Positions 27,964 to 32,000 of a stretch of DNA of 32,000 nt are shown piece after piece. A program made the translations under genes and the position numbers. A model generated the notes under the pieces. That model was not told the DNA's origin. It worked only from the letters and a program-made list of their open reading frames with translations, and ran no database searches. The DNA is taken from NCBI GenBank assembly GCA_048938105.1, contig JBHLMN010000001.1, positions 237,374 through 269,373 on the forward strand, read 5' to 3'. The stretch comes from Promethearchaeota archaeon. GTDB lineage: Archaea > Asgardarchaeota > Heimdallarchaeia > Hodarchaeales > Hodarchaeaceae. Position 1 is the first letter of the stretch. Each line of letters opens with the position of its first letter.

Positions 27964-29396
27964 GGGGACTCCCTCCTAGCAACAAGAATGGTGGATAGCT
28001 TGATATCATATTTCTTGGGTTTGAGGCGATGGAAGACAGTGATAATTTCCAAGGCGCTAGCGATGTGGGAATCCCAATCAATACAAATTATCTTTGAACG
28101 AGCGTCAACCACATCGTCGATCGCTGATAAGATAGGAACGGGTAAAGAGGATGTTAGAGGTTTGAGATGGTAATTCATGGTAGACAGATTAACACCCAAT
28201 GCATTTGCAAGAGAAGTGCTACGTAAACCATCCACACCCGTGTTTGGGAAGAAGTAGCGTTCCCGAAGTTGATGATTAAGGAGTAAAAAAATAATCTCTC
28301 GCCGTTTCGCTGTAAGAAGACTTGCTATTTCCTCGTCAGCATTATTGTCTATAGATTCAACTAAACGAACAACTAAATCATAACCTAACCGCTGTATTAA
28401 GGGTTTGATTGTATCTATTGTTGCTTTATCAAGGTCTTGTAAGATTAATTCGTGCAAACAAAACGAAGCAAATTGTAATGCGAGTAATGGGATCCCTAAA
28501 CTGTGATCTGCAATTAATTCGATGATTTCTTGTGAAAAAAAGTTGGTAGGGAGGCGAGCAACTTTGATACGCTGAGATAATAGTTTCATTATTTCGTATT
28601 TGGAAAATACTGGGAAAAAGAAGTGGCGAGGATGAAAAAAGGTAAGAAAAGATCGAGAGAGTTCAAGATATTCATCCTCCAAAAGAACAGTCAAGGTCAA
28701 ACTATTTACAAAACCAATAACAATGACACCATGCTGCGCTTGAGTTTCAATTTCAGTAATAAACTCCCTAATACGGGGAATCGCAGCTGTACCAGTGATA
28801 GTATAATCTAAGTTGTTAATGAAAATGATGAGAGGCTTCTCAACAAGTTGAATTCGATTGAGAAAATCTTCATATGTTTCTAAGACTTTAGTAGAGGAAC
28901 TGAAAGGCTCTAATATCTCACGAGGTTCACGCCAATCAGATAAATCGGTATATAAAGTGTCATAATCTTGAAAACCAATGTGATCCCATTCACGGTCGAA
29001 ATGACGGGCTAAAGAAGATTTACCACAGCCTCGCAAACCATGAGCCAGAAGATGTCGAAACGGGGACTGAGAATCTTCAAATAAACGAATCGCATTCCCA
29101 ATACGAATGGCAAAGTCGTATAGAACATCCTCGCGCTCAATTAGAAAGTCAGGATTATGGGGATCAATATCAGGGCTGAAAGGGTCTTGGGTGAGACCAA
29201 AACGTTCAAACGCGGATTCTTTAACAAGCTTGCCAGAACGGCCAGCTTTTAAGGCCTCACGAAGCCGGTCAGCCAACTTAGTCACGAGATACAGACACCT
29301 ACGCAAGCGATGATTCGCGAGAATCGAGCTTATAAAGTCGAGAAGATTGGAATGAAATGAGGAAATAATGGTGAACGAGGAGGAAAGGGCAGTCAC
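27960..29396 (-). CDS. AAA+ ATPase with C-terminal winged-helix-like domain (second member of pair)
   Basis: FGLTQDPFSPDIDP lead-in, Walker A HGLRGCGKSSLARHF, Walker B position KPLIIFINNLDYT, C-terminal RSTSLANALGVNLSTMNYHLKPL. The true start may be the GTG at 29285 (VTKLADRLREALK). Confidence 0.75.
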   Translation of the reverse strand: MTALSSSFTIISSFHSNLLDFISSILANHRLRRCLYLVTKLADRLREALKAGRSGKLVKESAFERFGLTQDPFSPDIDPHNPDFLIEREDVLYDFAIRIGNAIRLFEDSQSPFRHLLAHGLRGCGKSSLARHFDREWDHIGFQDYDTLYTDLSDWREPREILEPFSSSTKVLETYEDFLNRIQLVEKPLIIFINNLDYTITGTAAIPRIREFITEIETQAQHGVIVIGFVNSLTLTVLLEDEYLELSRSFLTFFHPRHFFFPVFSKYEIMKLLSQRIKVARLPTNFFSQEIIELIADHSLGIPLLALQFASFCLHELILQDLDKATIDTIKPLIQRLGYDLVVRLVESIDNNADEEIASLLTAKRREIIFLLLNHQLRERYFFPNTGVDGLRSTSLANALGVNLSTMNYHLKPLTSSLPVPILSAIDDVVDARSKIICIDWDSHIASALEIITVFHRLKPKKYDIKLSTILVARRESP

Positions 29397-29610
29397 TCAC
29401 ACAGGAGAGGGCAGGAGGAGTGAAGAGGGGCACGAGATAAGCTCGCCCGCATCTTTTCGAACTAATCGAACCATTCCTTATAAACCTAACTCTAGGCGCT
29501 TCTTTATAAATAAAATTCATTCCCTTAGATACAAAGTAACTATTAGGTCTCGTTTTATAACTTAATATTAATTACGATATCATTACAAAGTCATCATTAT
29601 CGAACTAACT

Positions 29611-30840
29611 TCATCGATACTTATATCGTTCTTTGGTAAAGTCTACGGGTAGCTCCCCTGTCTCCAGATACCTTCTGAGTGCCTCGCGTTTCCAGTTAAA
29701 CTCTGTGATGGTCTTCTGGCGAACCGTCTCGCTCGCCAAGTATGCCTGTATTTCCGCCCGTAACTCCTGATAAAGATTCTCTGCCAGTGCCTGTGCTTTT
29801 TCGAAGAATGCTTCGTCCGCTGTCGTCCCTAGCGTTTCTTCAGTGTCATCAATCCTATGATCCTTAAATGCTTCATGAATGTGGAACACTCCTGCTTCTG
29901 TCTTCCCCCATTCTTTTATTTCATGCTCTATCTCCATTTTCAACCCCAAACTCCTTATTGTATCCTTGAGGATCACTTCCAGCATCTCCACTTCCTCGGT
30001 GATATCCGCGAGTTCTTCTACCTCAGGGAAGTTCTCTTCCACCTTGAACAGTCGCGCCATCTTCTTGAACAGGAGCTTTTGCATCTCGAACTGAATGCGT
30101 GGGATCATCTCCAGCACCCTCGCGTGGAACTTGTTGCTGTACTCTTCTGGTCTTAAGTCCCCGAACTCTTCCTCCAGTTCTACCCTGTATTTGTCATAGT
30201 TGAACACTGTTTCAAATCCCTCACGGTTCTTTAAGTCCGAATAAACATCTTTTTTCAGCATAGGCCACATCATCTTCTCGGGGTAACCTTTTATCATCTT
30301 CTCAGTATAAATAAATGCGTTATACTGACCCATCAGGTACCCAATCTGATCTGCCAAGTCAGTTGCGTCTAACTCTGCCTCTGTTTTCGGATAGTATGGG
30401 TAATTCTTATCGATACCCTTCCAGTGATACAGAAATTGGTTATCTGGCATCCCCCCTTCCGTTTTTTCGTGATTTTCAAGTGTTTCTGAATGTGGTGGGA
30501 ACACCAACTTGATTCCTTTTAGCCGTGCACTTACTTCTTCTTCCTTTAATATGTAGATCTTGTTGCAATGTCGTTCACAGTGAAAGATCATATAACCTTC
30601 ATCTGTGGTTTTTAGTTTCCCTGTTACGGCAAAAGCGTCCGTTTTTTCGTTACACCCTGGACAAGTAACGTTAGTGATCTCAGCTACATAAGTGGTTGAC
30701 ACTGTCAGCCCATCTATCGTAATAAAAGCGGGTCGTGATCTATACTGATGCATTCCCTTAAGCAGCCCCTCTGATATTTTTTTAAAAGACGGTTTTGCCA
30801 CCAGATCTCTAAGTGACACCTCAGGTACAATTGTTCTCAC
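29611..30840 (-). CDS. Hypothetical protein with N-terminal Cys-rich putative zinc finger
   Basis: NVTCPGCNEKTDAFAVTG...IFHCERHCNKIYIL. Likely GTG start at 30840 with GGAG about 8 nt upstream, rather than the track start at 30870 (gives 409 aa). Confidence 0.7.
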   Translation of the reverse strand: MRTIVPEVSLRDLVAKPSFKKISEGLLKGMHQYRSRPAFITIDGLTVSTTYVAEITNVTCPGCNEKTDAFAVTGKLKTTDEGYMIFHCERHCNKIYILKEEEVSARLKGIKLVFPPHSETLENHEKTEGGMPDNQFLYHWKGIDKNYPYYPKTEAELDATDLADQIGYLMGQYNAFIYTEKMIKGYPEKMMWPMLKKDVYSDLKNREGFETVFNYDKYRVELEEEFGDLRPEEYSNKFHARVLEMIPRIQFEMQKLLFKKMARLFKVEENFPEVEELADITEEVEMLEVILKDTIRSLGLKMEIEHEIKEWGKTEAGVFHIHEAFKDHRIDDTEETLGTTADEAFFEKAQALAENLYQELRAEIQAYLASETVRQKTITEFNWKREALRRYLETGELPVDFTKERYKYR

Positions 30841-30954
30841 ATTATTCTCTCCTTTATTTGACCACACCATCTCTTATACTTTATAATTCCAATTTTTCTT
30901 TATAAGACTATACCCGAGAACTCCGAAAGTGCTGAAAGTGATCAGCATTTATGT

Positions 30955-31113
30955 CTAAGATAGTAGCCCCCGTCCCACGCGCTCGCTGTAATCTTCCCCG
31001 TACCACTCGAACTTTGCGAAGTCGTATGGTAGCTGTCGTTGAATGAACCACATGACCACAATCCGCCCTACTGTCCCATCTATGTCGTAGATCCAGTCGT
31101 ACACTACTACCAT
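30955..31113 (-). CDS. Possible small protein (52 aa)
   Basis: Reverse-strand ATG frame MVVVYDWIYDIDGTVGRIVVMWFIQRQLPYDFAKFEWYGEDYSERVGRGLLS*. Protein-like and below the track's size cutoff. Confidence 0.35.
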   Translation of the reverse strand: MVVVYDWIYDIDGTVGRIVVMWFIQRQLPYDFAKFEWYGEDYSERVGRGLLS

Positions 31114-31363
31114 CTGTCTTAAAGCCGTGCGCGATACCTTACCTGAGTACTCTTCCTACCCCTTACCTCGACTCCCTCGTAAGACCCGAAAGGTGCTTAC
31201 CAACAAATTGTGGCAACTCGACCAAATCAAAGTCCATTTATAATAAAATGAAAGAAGGGGGTGAATGCAGTTTTTGATACTGTAGCACGGAGTGTCGTTA
31301 ACTTTATAAGTTATTGAGTTCATAAAACTCAAATTAAATCTATGAAAATCCAAGGAGGATTGG

Positions 31364-32000
31364 TTGGGTTTGACAAAATTAAATGTGAAATCGAATTTTA
31401 TTATAATGATAGTTCTTAGCTTATTTCTTGTAGGAAGTCTTAGAAGTCTCACCAACAATATTGAACTATTAGAGAAAGATCAAAGCGATCTCCAGGAACA
31501 ATACTTAGAGGCACTCCAAGATTCAGGGAACAACCCTGATATAAACGAGGATAGCAGAGGGAAAATCGAGGGAATCACTAGTTATGAGGAGCATGCTCCT
31601 ATATCTATTACTAGCAATACTGATTTCAATAATACTGCTGATGCTGAAGGATGGCCTGGGAATGGCTCTGTTGTCAACCCGTATATTATACAGGGACTCA
31701 ATATCACGGGTCAATCAGGGGATAGCTTGATTTTTATAGAATTCACAAATGTCTATTTTCAGATAAATAACTGTCTTTTAGCGGGTGGTGATTATGGATT
31801 ATTCCTGTCTAGTATTAGTAATGGTTTGATATCCAATAACACCATTGTTTCCAACACTTGTGGATGTTGGCTTGAAAGTTCCCAGAACACCATTTTTTTC
31901 AATAATTCTTTCTCTGACAACCAATATGGAGTTTATCTTATGTCCTCCTCAAATAATAATCTTCTAAATAATTCTTTCTCCAGTAACTTCAAAAGTGGAG
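31364..32000 (+). CDS. Secreted or surface protein with parallel beta-helix (NosD/PbH1-like) repeats, incomplete at right edge
   Basis: GGAGG at 31354-31358 followed by TTG starts at 31364/31370. Signal or anchor segment NFIIMIVLSLFLVGSL, then repeated N-N-T/S turns: LISNNTIVSNTCGCWLESSQNTIFFNNSFSDNQYGVYLMSSSNNNLLNNSFSSN. The frame is open to the window edge and is not in the track. Confidence 0.8.
   Translation, partial: MGLTKLNVKSNFIIMIVLSLFLVGSLRSLTNNIELLEKDQSDLQEQYLEALQDSGNNPDINEDSRGKIEGITSYEEHAPISITSNTDFNNTADAEGWPGNGSVVNPYIIQGLNITGQSGDSLIFIEFTNVYFQINNCLLAGGDYGLFLSSISNGLISNNTIVSNTCGCWLESSQNTIFFNNSFSDNQYGVYLMSSSNNNLLNNSFSSNFKSG

Noticed and set aside
29299-29565. Possible short genes upstream of ATPase 1 (29299-29520 and 29368-29565)
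   Set aside because: These are opposite-strand or overlapping frames around the start of the ATPase gene, with no ribosome-binding context I could support. The region more likely holds the promoter/leader, given the GTG alternative start at 29285.
31156-31458. 100-aa minus-strand ORF
   Set aside because: Overlaps the leader and start of the beta-helix gene on the opposite strand. AT-driven composition (TIIIIKFDFTFNFVK) with no domain features.
1-32000. Many antisense ORFs of 60-100 aa in the track (857-1054, 1331-1621, 4478-4660, 5506-5712, 7329-7523, 7856-8193, 9092-9310, 12400-12594, 16893-17120, 21094-21288, 23173-23382, 24896-25087, 27648-28173, 28623-29565, 29857-30512)
   Set aside because: Each lies opposite a much stronger gene with recognisable motifs or protein-like composition. 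Their translations are low-complexity (Ser/Leu/Phe/Lys rich) and show no domain signature.
1-32000. CRISPR arrays, rRNA or tRNA genes
   Set aside because: No regularly spaced repeats and no recognisable TpsiC-arm plus acceptor combination were seen in the intergenic regions. tRNAscan-SE would be needed to exclude intron-containing tRNAs.

Overview
This AT-rich archaeal window has a gene repertoire most like an Asgard/Heimdall-type archaeon; that assignment is inference from gene content, not a database result. Contents from left to right: a surface-glycan/lipid block (GT2 glycosyltransferase, UPF0104/LPG-synthase-TM-like membrane protein, mannose-1-phosphate guanylyltransferase); an orphan receiver protein; the FO-synthase genes cofH/cofG; a methyltransferase; the primase genes priL-priS; a second methyltransferase; an IS607-type element (serine recombinase TnpA plus TnpB); pyroglutamyl peptidase; an LplA-like ligase; a cofD / DUS-like / cofC operon; and a second UPF0104 protein. 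Next come a truncated membrane-protein gene, a freestanding LAGLIDADG protein and the full-length paralogue of the truncated gene, followed by two small proteins and the helicase/nuclease Hef. The last third (24.2-32 kb) is mostly uncharacterised. It holds a two-gene unit of unknown function, a translationally coupled cassette of two AAA+ ATPases and an Mrr-like PD-(D/E)XK-fold protein, a less AT-rich gene for a zinc-finger protein, and the start of a secreted beta-helix-like protein running off the right edge. The best candidates for something undescribed are: (1) the AAA+ / AAA+ / Mrr-like cassette (26.47-29.40 kb), whose catalytic motifs deviate in all three proteins; (2) the truncated gene / LAGLIDADG / paralogue arrangement (17.76-20.72 kb); and (3) the DUS-like gene inside the F420 operon. 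No CRISPR array, rRNA or tRNA was recognised by eye.
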